Shown here piece after piece: positions 39,220-48,239 of a stretch of DNA of 64,000 nt. Origin of the DNA: Bacilli bacterium (GTDB lineage Bacteria; Bacillota_I; Bacilli_A; RFN20; CAG-826); assembly GCA_040396875.1 (NCBI GenBank), contig JBBAWZ010000001.1, forward strand, positions 174,198-238,197, read 5' to 3'. Made by a program: the position numbers and the translations under genes. Every line of letters begins with the position of its first letter. The stretch's first letter is position 1. The notes beneath the pieces were generated by a model, which did no database searches, had not been told where the DNA came from, and saw only the letters and a program-made list of their open reading frames with translations.

Positions 39220-39828
39220 CTAATCTTGTGTTAAAAAACGTCTAATCGAACGAACATTGAATAAGGTTATGTATAGAGCTGGAATCATCACTGCTGCAAG
39301 TAAGGCCTCTAACAATCCATTAAGACCCAAAATATACCAAATTAAATTAAAGAGATTACCAAAGGTTTCTATAAATGCTGCACTTTCAAAGATCCATAAC
39401 ATCGACAAAACCAAAACGGTATGAATCATCGTTGCCAGAAATGCTCCAATACTAATGGAGATCCATTGTAAAGGTCCTTTAAACGATTTGGCGAAGGTCA
39501 AAATAAAACCTGCACACAAACCAAAGATGATTCTAGGAAAAATAGAAATCATCGGATTAATAAAAAATAAATCCGTTGGTAATGGTGTAGGATTCGTTAA
39601 CACTACCAATAACGACACCACGCCAAATGTTAAACCAAACAAAGTTGCTGATCGTGTGGATAATAAAATGGCACCCAACAAGACAGGTAAATGAATGAGG
39701 GTAATCGATACGCCTGCGCCTATCGGCAAAAAACCTAACAAAGGAACAAATCCCATGATGGCAATCAAGGCAATAAACATGCTATGAATAGTAAGTTTTC
39801 TAATTTGGTTTCTTGCGTTTAATTGCAT
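39220..39828 (-). CDS. ECF-transporter S (substrate-capture) component, possibly pantothenate-specific
   Basis: A ~200-aa protein with 5-6 TM segments and a typical S-component N-terminus (RKLTIHSMFIALIAIMGFV). I prefer the ATG at 39828. The specificity is guessed only from adjacency to coaX. Confidence 0.6.
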   Translation of the reverse strand: MQLNARNQIRKLTIHSMFIALIAIMGFVPLLGFLPIGAGVSITLIHLPVLLGAILLSTRSATLFGLTFGVVSLLVVLTNPTPLPTDLFFINPMISIFPRIIFGLCAGFILTFAKSFKGPLQWISISIGAFLATMIHTVLVLSMLWIFESAAFIETFGNLFNLIWYILGLNGLLEALLAAVMIPALYITLFNVRSIRRFLTQD

Positions 39829-40556
39829 AATGCAATTCCTTTTAAAGATAAATGGGGATCGTGGATAACTTTCATCGTAAATAAGGGTAATAACCAATTA
39901 GCATAACCCCCTGTGATAATCACAGGTACATTTTTTAACCCTAGGCTTTTTAGACCTTGGTGAATTAAACCTTCAATCATATGAATGTGGCCTAGAATAA
40001 TACCACTCGATAATGCACTCACGGTATTTTTCCCAAACACTTCGGTAGGTTTCATCATTTGCATGGTTTTGATTAATGAAGCATTTTGATTCAGTGCTTT
40101 AAAGGATGTGAGAATGCCGGGCGCGATGGAAACACCTTCAAAACCATGATCGCGAATGGCCATGACTTTGGTAGCAGTACCCACATCAATGATAATCGCG
40201 TCTGCGTGATAATGCCGATCCGTTGCAATTGCATCCATTAATAAATCGACACCAAGCTCTTCAGGCTTTTGAATTCGGAGTTTGAAATTGGGGGCACTTA
40301 ATGTTGAAAGAAACGTTGGTTGAATCGTACTTAACTGAGCAATTGCTTTGACAATTAAATGCCGAAGTTGTGGCTGTACCGACGCAATCCTTATCGATTG
40401 AATTGTAAATTTTTGAAAGACAGGTGCTAACCATGTTTGATACGTTTTAATGGTCGGGATATTGGGGTGATCTACATAAGAATTGAGGACCAAAACACCT
40501 TGATCAAAAACGCCTAATTTAACGGAGGTATTGCCTAAATCGATTGCTAATAACAT
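39819..40556 (-). CDS. coaX: type III pantothenate kinase
   Basis: 245 aa with MLLAIDLGNTSVKLGVF, IIDVGTATK and ITGGYA. Confidence 0.9.
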   Translation of the reverse strand: MLLAIDLGNTSVKLGVFDQGVLVLNSYVDHPNIPTIKTYQTWLAPVFQKFTIQSIRIASVQPQLRHLIVKAIAQLSTIQPTFLSTLSAPNFKLRIQKPEELGVDLLMDAIATDRHYHADAIIIDVGTATKVMAIRDHGFEGVSIAPGILTSFKALNQNASLIKTMQMMKPTEVFGKNTVSALSSGIILGHIHMIEGLIHQGLKSLGLKNVPVIITGGYANWLLPLFTMKVIHDPHLSLKGIALCN

Positions 40557-40560
40557 AACA

Positions 40561-42966
40561 CTATCCTACTACAAAGTTCATCATTTTGCCCTGAATGTAG
40601 ATGACCTTTTTAATGTTTTTACCTTCGAGATGCTTTGTTACATTTTCATCCAGTTTTGCTAAGCGCTCAATCTCCATGTCGTTGGTTCCAACTGGAAAGG
40701 TTAACGTTGTTCGTAATTTTCCATTCACTGCAATCGGTAACTCAAAGGTTTGTTTTTGTAATTTTGATGCATCAAGTTTAGGCCAAGGATGATACGCAAG
40801 TTGATCCTTACATTTTAAAATCGACCATAATTCTTCACCTAAGTGTGGGGCAACGCAACTTAACATTTGAACAAAGCCTTTTAAAAATGGAACCGGTATT
40901 GCTTTCGCCTTATAAACATCATTGATAAAGATCATCATTTGTGAAATGGCGGTATTTAATTGAAGTGACTCAAAATCTTCGGTTACTTTTTTAATCAGGA
41001 AATGGTAACTATAGTCTAGGGTACCATCACTTTTTTCAACCCAACGATCAAGGTATTCTTGTTCACTAAAAAGTCGATAAACGCGATCTAAGAACCGTCT
41101 TGAACCCTCTAATCCTTGATTAGACCATGGTAAGGCGGCTTCTAAAGGACCCATAAACATTTCATATAACCGTAATGTATCTGCGCCATATTCTTCAATA
41201 ATGTCATCTGGATTGACAACATTCCCTCTTGATTTGGACATTTTTTCGCCATTCTCGCCAAGAATCATCCCTTGATGAAATAGCTTTTTGAAAGGTTCTT
41301 CTGTATGGACAATGCCAATATCAAATAAGAATTTATGATAAAAACGGGCATATAAAAGATGCAAGACGGCATGTTCAGCACCACCGATATAAAGATCGAC
41401 GGGTAACCAATGCTTGAGGAGTTTTTCATCGGCAATCACTTTATCATTCTTGGGATCTAAATAGCGAATATAGTACCAGCAACTTCCTGCCCATTGAGGC
41501 ATGGTATTCGTTTCTCTGATATAGGCTTTTCCATCCATCACCACATCTAACCAGTTAATCGCATTTGCCAAAGGAGACTCACCCGTTCCAGATGGTTTGA
41601 ATTCCTTTAAGTCTGGTAATAATAGAGGCAAATCATTTACTTTTAACGGAACGATACTGCCATCTTTTTTACTAAGCAAGACAGGAATCGGTTCACCCCA
41701 ATATCGTTGTCTAGAAAATAACCAATCACGAAGTTTATAGTTGGTTTTAAAACGACCTTTATTCAAGGTTATGAGTTTTTCGGTAATGACTTTTTTCGCG
41801 GGTTCAGTTAACAAACCATTGATTAAAGGCGAATGAATATGTTTACCATCTTCAACCATGGCTGCGTCTTGGACACCACCTTCCAATACTGAACGAATCG
41901 GAAGTTTATATTTTTTTGCAAATTCAAAATCTCTTTGGTCGTGTGCCGGTACCGCCATCACGGCACCAGTTCCGTAACCATATAGAACATAATCCGCAGT
42001 CCAAATGGGTAGGGCTTCACCATTAATTGGATTAATACCAAAGGCACCTGTAAAGACACCGGTTTTGTCTTTATTTAATTCGGTTCGATCTAGATCTGAC
42101 TTGTTTGCAGCCGCTTGGATATAGTCTTCAACTGCTGTTTTTTGTGAAGGTGTAGTAATCTTTTTTAGCAATGGATGTTCTGGAGCAAGGACCACGTAAG
42201 TCGCGCCATAAAGGGTATCCGCACGCGTTGTGTAAACCGTGAAGGACTCTTTCGATTGTTTCACATCAAAAATGATTTCAGTTCCAGTAGATTTTCCAAT
42301 CCAATTTTTTTGCATATCTCGCGTTGAGTTTGGCCAATCTAATTGGTCTAAACCTGAGAGTAATTTTTCGGCATATGCCGTAATTTTTAAAACCCATTGA
42401 CGCATCATACGTCTTTCAACAGGAAAGCCGCCTACTTCTGATTTACCATCCACAACTTCTTCATTGGCAAGAACTGTACCTAATGCAGGACAAAAATTAA
42501 CAGGTTTTTCGTCAATATAGGCTAAACCCTTTTCCAATAATTTAATAAAAATCCATTGTGTCCATTTGTAATATTGCGGATCAGTGGTAGAAATTTCTTT
42601 TGACCAATCATAACTAAAGCCCAATGCCTTAATTTGCTTTTTAATATTGGCAATGTTTTTTTCAGTAAAGCCCATAGGATGGTTGTTTGTTTTCAAAGCA
42701 TATTGCTCAGCGGGTAAACCAAACGCGTCCCAGCCCATTGGATGTAAAACATTAAAACCTTGCATCCGTTTCATTCTTGCCACAATATCAGTCGCCGTAT
42801 AACCTTCCGGGTGACCTACGTGTAGGCCTTGAGCAGAAGGATAAGGAAACATATCTAAAATGTAATATTTTGGTTTTGAAAAGTCATATACATTGGTATA
42901 AAAAACTTTTTGATTGTCCCAAAAAGCTTGCCATTTTGGTTCGATTGTCTTGTGATCAAATCCCAT
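40561..42966 (-). CDS. leuS: leucine--tRNA ligase
   Basis: 801 aa with the HIGH motif ([10 protein letters not shown]), KMSKS ([10 protein letters not shown]) and a CP1 editing domain. Confidence 0.95.
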   Translation of the reverse strand: MGFDHKTIEPKWQAFWDNQKVFYTNVYDFSKPKYYILDMFPYPSAQGLHVGHPEGYTATDIVARMKRMQGFNVLHPMGWDAFGLPAEQYALKTNNHPMGFTEKNIANIKKQIKALGFSYDWSKEISTTDPQYYKWTQWIFIKLLEKGLAYIDEKPVNFCPALGTVLANEEVVDGKSEVGGFPVERRMMRQWVLKITAYAEKLLSGLDQLDWPNSTRDMQKNWIGKSTGTEIIFDVKQSKESFTVYTTRADTLYGATYVVLAPEHPLLKKITTPSQKTAVEDYIQAAANKSDLDRTELNKDKTGVFTGAFGINPINGEALPIWTADYVLYGYGTGAVMAVPAHDQRDFEFAKKYKLPIRSVLEGGVQDAAMVEDGKHIHSPLINGLLTEPAKKVITEKLITLNKGRFKTNYKLRDWLFSRQRYWGEPIPVLLSKKDGSIVPLKVNDLPLLLPDLKEFKPSGTGESPLANAINWLDVVMDGKAYIRETNTMPQWAGSCWYYIRYLDPKNDKVIADEKLLKHWLPVDLYIGGAEHAVLHLLYARFYHKFLFDIGIVHTEEPFKKLFHQGMILGENGEKMSKSRGNVVNPDDIIEEYGADTLRLYEMFMGPLEAALPWSNQGLEGSRRFLDRVYRLFSEQEYLDRWVEKSDGTLDYSYHFLIKKVTEDFESLQLNTAISQMMIFINDVYKAKAIPVPFLKGFVQMLSCVAPHLGEELWSILKCKDQLAYHPWPKLDASKLQKQTFELPIAVNGKLRTTLTFPVGTNDMEIERLAKLDENVTKHLEGKNIKKVIYIQGKMMNFVVG

Positions 42967-43147
42967 AAAAACCTCCTAAAAAAACAAAAACGCCCTGGAA
43001 AGGACGCTTTTGCGTGGTACCACCTTTGTTTGCATAACATTATTATGCACGCTTGATAACTTTAACGGTGTTAGCGAAGGTTGCATTGATAGGTGAGAGG
43101 AAAGCGAAGCTTTCGTTAGTCTATCCAACCTTATCGTCATTTTACCA
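42967..43147 (-). promoter_or_regulatory. T-box leader (Leu), compact, with extended -10 promoter and terminator
   Basis: The minus strand has TGGTAAAAT (43147-43139), then CAAAGGTGGTACCACGC (T-box), then the hairpin GCGTCCT-ttcc-AGGGCGT, TTTTTGTTTTTTT and AGGAGG. The candidate specifier is CUC followed by A (CCTCTCACC). Confidence 0.75.
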
Positions 43148-43165
43148 TAATTAGGGTGAAAATCG

Positions 43166-43194
43166 TTGCAAATTTACGACACCAATGATAAGAT
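43166..43194 (+). promoter_or_regulatory. promoter for rpmB (TTGCAA-17-TGaTAAGAT)
   Basis: TTGCAA lies at 43166-43171 and TAAGAT at 43189-43194, preceded by TGA. The SD GGAGG is 9 nt before the ATG at 43222. Confidence 0.5.
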
Positions 43195-43221
43195 TACAAC
43201 GTTGTCTGGAGGAATCTAATT

Positions 43222-43416
43222 ATGGCAAGAGTATGTACTGTTTCCGGTCGAGGACCGATGAGTGGCAATGCCCGTTCACACAGCTTACGTGCAACACGTA
43301 GAACTTGGAATTTAAACTTACAAAAATATCAAATCACAGAAAATGGTATTACCAAAACTGTGAAGATGTCCGCCCGTGCTTATCGTACCTTGATGAAAAA
43401 TCAAGCTACCCGATAA
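43222..43416 (+). CDS. rpmB: 50S ribosomal protein L28
   Basis: 64 aa: MARVCTVSGRGPMSGNARSHSLRATRRTWNLNLQ. Confidence 0.9.
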   Translation: MARVCTVSGRGPMSGNARSHSLRATRRTWNLNLQKYQITENGITKTVKMSARAYRTLMKNQATR

Positions 43417-44068
43417 GCCATTCTATTTGGGTTAACAAAACCCAAAGCATCACATTCGCTAACGATAACCACTGCGTATAGGCCATCACAAAAAAGGTTG
43501 GTCGACGATACAGTGGTTTTTCATTTGTGCTCTCAACTTTTTCAAGTAAAGCCCAATCTTTTAATCGTGGATTCATAAGCAAGGATAATTGAAAAATCCC
43601 TTGAGCTAAGGTCGTCCATGGTAAGAACGTTTGAAATTGAGGATAAGGTGATGTAAATGTAACATAACTACCTAAGAATAAGATAGCAACGATACTGACG
43701 CCGTATAAGGTCACCATCCATATATACATTTCAATTTTCCTGGGCTCTAAGGTAAAAATACCCATCGTGGATATTAAAAAAATGATCATCAAAGCAAGGA
43801 GGACATAGGTAATCGGTAAGTTAGGATAAACAAACATGCTTTCCCAGTATGCAAATAAACAAACCAAAAAGAAAATAAACAACCCTTTAAGTGGTTGAAA
43901 GGTGTACATAGAAGCGATGGGTGTTTCATGAAGTTCAAATGGTAAATGATGATGGAATTGGTAAGGTGTTTTTTTGATCGCCTTAAATTGGGTCAATCCA
44001 AAAAATAGATATCCACTCAATAAGACAAAGATAAAAATCCAAAGCATCCAAAGCAATGCATCATTCAT
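43406..44068 (-). CDS. hypothetical polytopic membrane protein
   Basis: 220 aa with about six hydrophobic segments and no motif I recognise. It is co-directional with and overlaps rpe (44061-44068). Its 3' end overlaps the convergent rpmB by 11 nt. Confidence 0.55.
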   Translation of the reverse strand: MNDALLWMLWIFIFVLLSGYLFFGLTQFKAIKKTPYQFHHHLPFELHETPIASMYTFQPLKGLFIFFLVCLFAYWESMFVYPNLPITYVLLALMIIFLISTMGIFTLEPRKIEMYIWMVTLYGVSIVAILFLGSYVTFTSPYPQFQTFLPWTTLAQGIFQLSLLMNPRLKDWALLEKVESTNEKPLYRRPTFFVMAYTQWLSLANVMLWVLLTQIEWLIG

Positions 44069-44723
44069 GCTTCAGTTGTTTGATCGCCTTTGCAAGATTC
44101 GTGTGTTTAAATAAGTAACTCCCGGCAACAAGAACATCAGCGCCAGCCTCAATGCATGGTTTAGACGTTTCTAAATTAATCCCGCCGTCTACCTCAATGA
44201 GAGTTTTCAATGTTGCTTCATCAAGTTGGTGTCGAAGCCATTTTATTTTTTCAATCGCTGAAGGCAAGAAAGCTTGACCTCCAAATCCGGGCTCAACTGA
44301 CATCACCAAAATCAAATCAACCAAGCCTAATAAAGGTTTTAATACCTCAACTTTGGTTTGAGGTTTGATACTAATACCAGCCTTTACACCAAGACCATGT
44401 AACTGTTGAATCCATGATTGCATCATCTTTAAATCTTTAGCGGTTTCAAAATGGAAGGTAATGATGTTGGCCCCCGCTTTGGCGAAGGCTTCAAAATATG
44501 TTGCCGGGTTGCTAATCATCAAATGCACATCATGCACGATATTGGTTGTGGAAGTAAGCGCACTGACAACCGGTAAACCAAAAGAAATATTAGGAACAAA
44601 ATGGCCATCCATGACATCATAATGAAGATAGTCGGCTTTAGCATCTACCACTCGCTTTACTTCTGTCTCTAACTTTAAAAAATTGCTAGCAAGTAAAGAT
44701 GGGGCAATTAGGATTTTTCTCAT
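44061..44723 (-). CDS. rpe: ribulose-phosphate 3-epimerase
   Basis: 220 aa with HYDVMDGHFVPN, MSVEPGFGGQ and VDGGIN. Confidence 0.95.
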   Translation of the reverse strand: MRKILIAPSLLASNFLKLETEVKRVVDAKADYLHYDVMDGHFVPNISFGLPVVSALTSTTNIVHDVHLMISNPATYFEAFAKAGANIITFHFETAKDLKMMQSWIQQLHGLGVKAGISIKPQTKVEVLKPLLGLVDLILVMSVEPGFGGQAFLPSAIEKIKWLRHQLDEATLKTLIEVDGGINLETSKPCIEAGADVLVAGSYLFKHTNLAKAIKQLKHE

Positions 44724-44726
44724 CGA

Positions 44727-45578
44727 TTAGTACTCCTTTTGTTCGGGTAATTGATAAAGCATCTTTAAGTAATCTTGATAGATCTCTAATGGAATTTTAC
44801 CACTTTTGACGTCTTGAAGAATTTGGCATCCTGGTTCATGTTGATGGGTACAATTAAAGAACTTACATTTTGAAAACTGATGTTCAAATCCAGGATAAAC
44901 TTTTGCAAGTTCATTTTGCAACATTGGAAGTTCGAGTGAAGAAAATCCAGGAGTATCAGCCATAAAGCCACCAAGCCAAGGTAATAACACCACCTCTTTT
45001 GTTTGGTGTTTACCTCGTCCTAATGCTTCTGAATAACTACCAATTTGTCTAGAGAATAGAGGGTTTAGTGCATTGATAATGGTAGATTTTCCAACACCGG
45101 TTTGGCCGGCAAAGGCAATCACTTTATTGGGTCCTATTAAACTGGATAAGGCTTGTTGGTCAGGATGATGTTTATCAAAAAATAGGATTTTAAAACCATG
45201 TTGTTGAAGATACGTCCAGTCCTGTTGATGATGGGTGATGTTCCCTTGATCGATCTTGGTAATAATGTTGGTGATGTTTAAATTATAATACCGACCAAAA
45301 CTGATGAATTTTGCCAAAAGAAAAAATGAATATAGTGGTTCGACTAAACTTGTGACGATGATAAGGTCTGTAAGATTACTAACTCTCGGCCTTTTAATAA
45401 AAGTTTGACGAGGATGAATGCTGGTAATCATGCTGAGATTTACATCAAATTCAACATGGTCGCCTACAACTGGTTTGATTAATAATTTATCGGTTTTTCG
45501 AATATGACAAGAATAGATTTGCTCTTGATAATAGACAAGGTACTTCCCAAAATCTAAATTAACGATGGTCCCTGTCAT
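44727..45578 (-). CDS. rsgA: ribosome small-subunit-dependent GTPase A
   Basis: 283 aa with a circularly permuted GTPase (NKIDQ-like TKIDQ, AGQTGVGKSTIINAL) and the zinc knuckle CKFFNCTHQHEPGC. Confidence 0.9.
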   Translation of the reverse strand: MTGTIVNLDFGKYLVYYQEQIYSCHIRKTDKLLIKPVVGDHVEFDVNLSMITSIHPRQTFIKRPRVSNLTDLIIVTSLVEPLYSFFLLAKFISFGRYYNLNITNIITKIDQGNITHHQQDWTYLQQHGFKILFFDKHHPDQQALSSLIGPNKVIAFAGQTGVGKSTIINALNPLFSRQIGSYSEALGRGKHQTKEVVLLPWLGGFMADTPGFSSLELPMLQNELAKVYPGFEHQFSKCKFFNCTHQHEPGCQILQDVKSGKIPLEIYQDYLKMLYQLPEQKEY

Positions 45579-46465
45579 ACTTCATCTACTTTTAAACCTA
45601 ATAATTTTGCCCAGAAAGAACGTTTTGGAGTAATTAATTTAGGATGATCTAAACACTCTTTGATGTCTCTTTGAAATTCCAAAACCGAACGATAACGATC
45701 ATTTGGATTTTTTCTACAGGCTTTTAAAATGATTTTTTCAATCACCCTGGGAGTTGAAGGAATCCATTGTCTTGGAGAAGGAAATTTTTCTTTAATATGA
45801 CGCATTGCAACGGTAATTTGATTATTGCCTTCATACGGAACTTTGCCCGTAATCAATTCAAAAAAAGTAATGCCTAAGGAATAGATATCACTCTTGAATG
45901 TCGGTGATTGACCATTGGTTACTTCCGGTGGTAAATAATGGACGGAACCGATGATTACTTGGCTTTTCGTGACGCGACGAGAATTTTCAAAAAAGGCAAT
46001 ACCGAAATCGCCTAACTTAATGGTTTCATCCGGCGTTAAAAAAACATTGTCAGGTTTAATGTCGCGATGAATCACCAAGGAGTTATGAGCAAAGGCAACT
46101 GCATCACATAGTTGATACATCATTTCACAAGCTTGTTTGAATCCAAATCGTTTTTGTTCGTCTAACAAACCTCTAAGGGTTTTGCCTTTGATGAGTTCAG
46201 AGGCCATATAAGGTAAGTTTTGATGGTAACCAATATTAATGACTCGAACAATATTGGGATGATTTAAAGAAGCCGATGCTCGTGCTTCTCTTTCAAAGCG
46301 GGTAACATTATCTTTTGATTTAATCGCAGTTTCTTTGATGATTTTTAAGGCGATTTCTTTTCCGGTAATCAGATCTTCTGCTTGATATACGTAGGCAAAT
46401 CCACCTTCACCTATTTCTCTGATGACTCGATAGCGTTCATCAATAATATCGTTATCTTTAATCAT
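45575..46465 (-). CDS. Ser/Thr protein kinase, kinase domain only (PrkC-like without TM/PASTA)
   Basis: 296 aa with GEGGFAYVY, HRDIKPDN, DFGIA and SVHYLPPE. It ends ~25 aa after the kinase domain. Confidence 0.9.
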   Translation of the reverse strand: MIKDNDIIDERYRVIREIGEGGFAYVYQAEDLITGKEIALKIIKETAIKSKDNVTRFEREARASASLNHPNIVRVINIGYHQNLPYMASELIKGKTLRGLLDEQKRFGFKQACEMMYQLCDAVAFAHNSLVIHRDIKPDNVFLTPDETIKLGDFGIAFFENSRRVTKSQVIIGSVHYLPPEVTNGQSPTFKSDIYSLGITFFELITGKVPYEGNNQITVAMRHIKEKFPSPRQWIPSTPRVIEKIILKACRKNPNDRYRSVLEFQRDIKECLDHPKLITPKRSFWAKLLGLKVDEV

Positions 46466-47205
46466 CGTTCAGATTCCCAAATTGCCACAGCAATATTGTC
46501 ATTTCCGCCATTTGCATTGGCTAAGTTAATCAAAGAATCTACCTTTTGTTGAGGGGTATCTTTTGAACGAATAATACTGGATAATTCACCTTCCGTTAAA
46601 TTGTTATATAAGCCGTCGCTGCAAACCAAAATGGTTTGTCCGTGATAAGGGACGATTTTAACATCATATGACACGGAAGTATTAAGCCCTAAGGCATTGA
46701 GTAAAACATGACGCTGTGGGTGGTTGGCCTTTTGTGCTTCGGTTATTTTACCTTGGCGGTATAAGTATTCTACATATGTTTGATCTTCGGTAGCCTGCGT
46801 TAACGCACCATCTTCAAATAAGTACACTCTTGAATCACCGATATTTAGAATAATCAGATCTTTATTGACAATTAAAGCTATGACTAAGGTCGTACCCATT
46901 TCTTTTAATGAAGAACTTTTTTGGGCTTCTTGGTAAATAGAGCGGTTTGCTTGGACCACTTGTTGTCTCAACCAAAGCGTTGCAGTTTTAGACGTTAATA
47001 AACCAAAAGTATTTTTAAATCCTTTAATGAGGGATTGCATAGCCAGGCGACTTGCAAGATCACCGCGAGCGTGACCACCCATCCCATCCGCGACACCAAG
47101 CAAAATATCTTGATGACGGTTGACCATCGCCACCACTTGATCTTCATTGGTGGTTCTAACTTTACCAATGTCAGTTTTAAAAGCAAAACTACCGCGCTTC
47201 TTCAT
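46462..47205 (-). CDS. prpC: PP2C-family Ser/Thr phosphatase (PrpC/Stp)
   Basis: 247 aa with GVADGMGGH, LVCSDGL and GGNDNIA. Confidence 0.9.
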   Translation of the reverse strand: MKKRGSFAFKTDIGKVRTTNEDQVVAMVNRHQDILLGVADGMGGHARGDLASRLAMQSLIKGFKNTFGLLTSKTATLWLRQQVVQANRSIYQEAQKSSSLKEMGTTLVIALIVNKDLIILNIGDSRVYLFEDGALTQATEDQTYVEYLYRQGKITEAQKANHPQRHVLLNALGLNTSVSYDVKIVPYHGQTILVCSDGLYNNLTEGELSSIIRSKDTPQQKVDSLINLANANGGNDNIAVAIWESER

Positions 47206-48238
47206 GCTTATGCTTTGCCCTCAATTGACCACATGCAGCTTCAATATCATGACCAAATTCTTTACGAACGGTTGCATTGATTCCGAGTTCAATTAATTTT
47301 GACATAAACGCATTAACCGCTTGTGGATGGGGGCGACGATATTCATTTTCCATCACCGCATTATATGGAATTAAGTTGACATAACAAAACAGGTCTTTGA
47401 TTAATTCTGCAAGTTGAATCGCATGTTCGATTTGATCATTAATCCCTTCAATCAGGATGTATTCAAAGGTGATACGTCTACCTGAATTGGTTTGATAATC
47501 TTTAATCGCAGGAATGAGTTTTTCCAAGGGGAAAGCTTGGTTAATTTTCATCAAACGTGTACGAATTTCATTGGTAGGCGCGTGTAAAGAAACCGCTAGA
47601 TTAATTTGTAGTGGTTCATGTCCATATTGTTTGATCTTTTCTGGAAAACCAGAGGTTGAAACGGTAATATGACGTGCCCCAATCGCTAAAGCTTTATTGT
47701 GATTAGCAATGCGAATAAAGTTCATCACGTGATCATAGTTATCAAAGGGTTCACCCGTTCCCATCGCGACGATATGACTAACCCGTTCTTTTCGGCCTTC
47801 AGCATCCAAAAGATCATTCATCACAACGATTTGGGCAATCATTTCACCCGCGGTTAAATTACGTTGGCGCTTCAATAAACCTGAAGCGCAGAAAGAGCAA
47901 CCTATATTACAACCTACTTGGGTTGTTACACAAATCACATTGCCATAGTTATACCGCATCAGGACCGCTTCAATTAAGAAACCATCTTCTAATTTTAAAA
48001 GTAACTTAACGGTCCGGTCTAAGGAATCACGACGAACATGAATCGAAGGAAGTTGAAAGTGAAAATGCTTTTCGAGTGCTTGCCTTAATTCAAGACTTAA
48101 ATTCGACATCGATTGGAAATTACGGACCTTCTTTTGATAGATCCAATCATAAATCACACTTCCATAAAAAGCTTTTTGACCCCATGATTCTAGGGTATTT
48201 TCTAGTTGTACTAATGTTTGTCCAAAGATACTTTCCAT
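47189..48238 (-). CDS. rlmN: 23S rRNA/tRNA adenine-C2 methyltransferase RlmN (radical SAM)
   Basis: 349 aa with the CNIGCSFCASG cluster motif, GTGEP and a C-terminal ACGQL. Confidence 0.95.
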   Translation of the reverse strand: MESIFGQTLVQLENTLESWGQKAFYGSVIYDWIYQKKVRNFQSMSNLSLELRQALEKHFHFQLPSIHVRRDSLDRTVKLLLKLEDGFLIEAVLMRYNYGNVICVTTQVGCNIGCSFCASGLLKRQRNLTAGEMIAQIVVMNDLLDAEGRKERVSHIVAMGTGEPFDNYDHVMNFIRIANHNKALAIGARHITVSTSGFPEKIKQYGHEPLQINLAVSLHAPTNEIRTRLMKINQAFPLEKLIPAIKDYQTNSGRRITFEYILIEGINDQIEHAIQLAELIKDLFCYVNLIPYNAVMENEYRRPHPQAVNAFMSKLIELGINATVRKEFGHDIEAACGQLRAKHKHEEAR

Positions 48239-48239
48239 A

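Noticed and set aside
43139-43194. Idea that the palindromic TTGCAA (43166-43171) is a shared -35 for the divergent leuS and rpmB promoters
   Set aside because: The spacing works for rpmB (17 nt to TAAGAT). It would be 21 nt to the leuS -10 (TAAAAT), so leuS more likely relies on its extended -10 alone.
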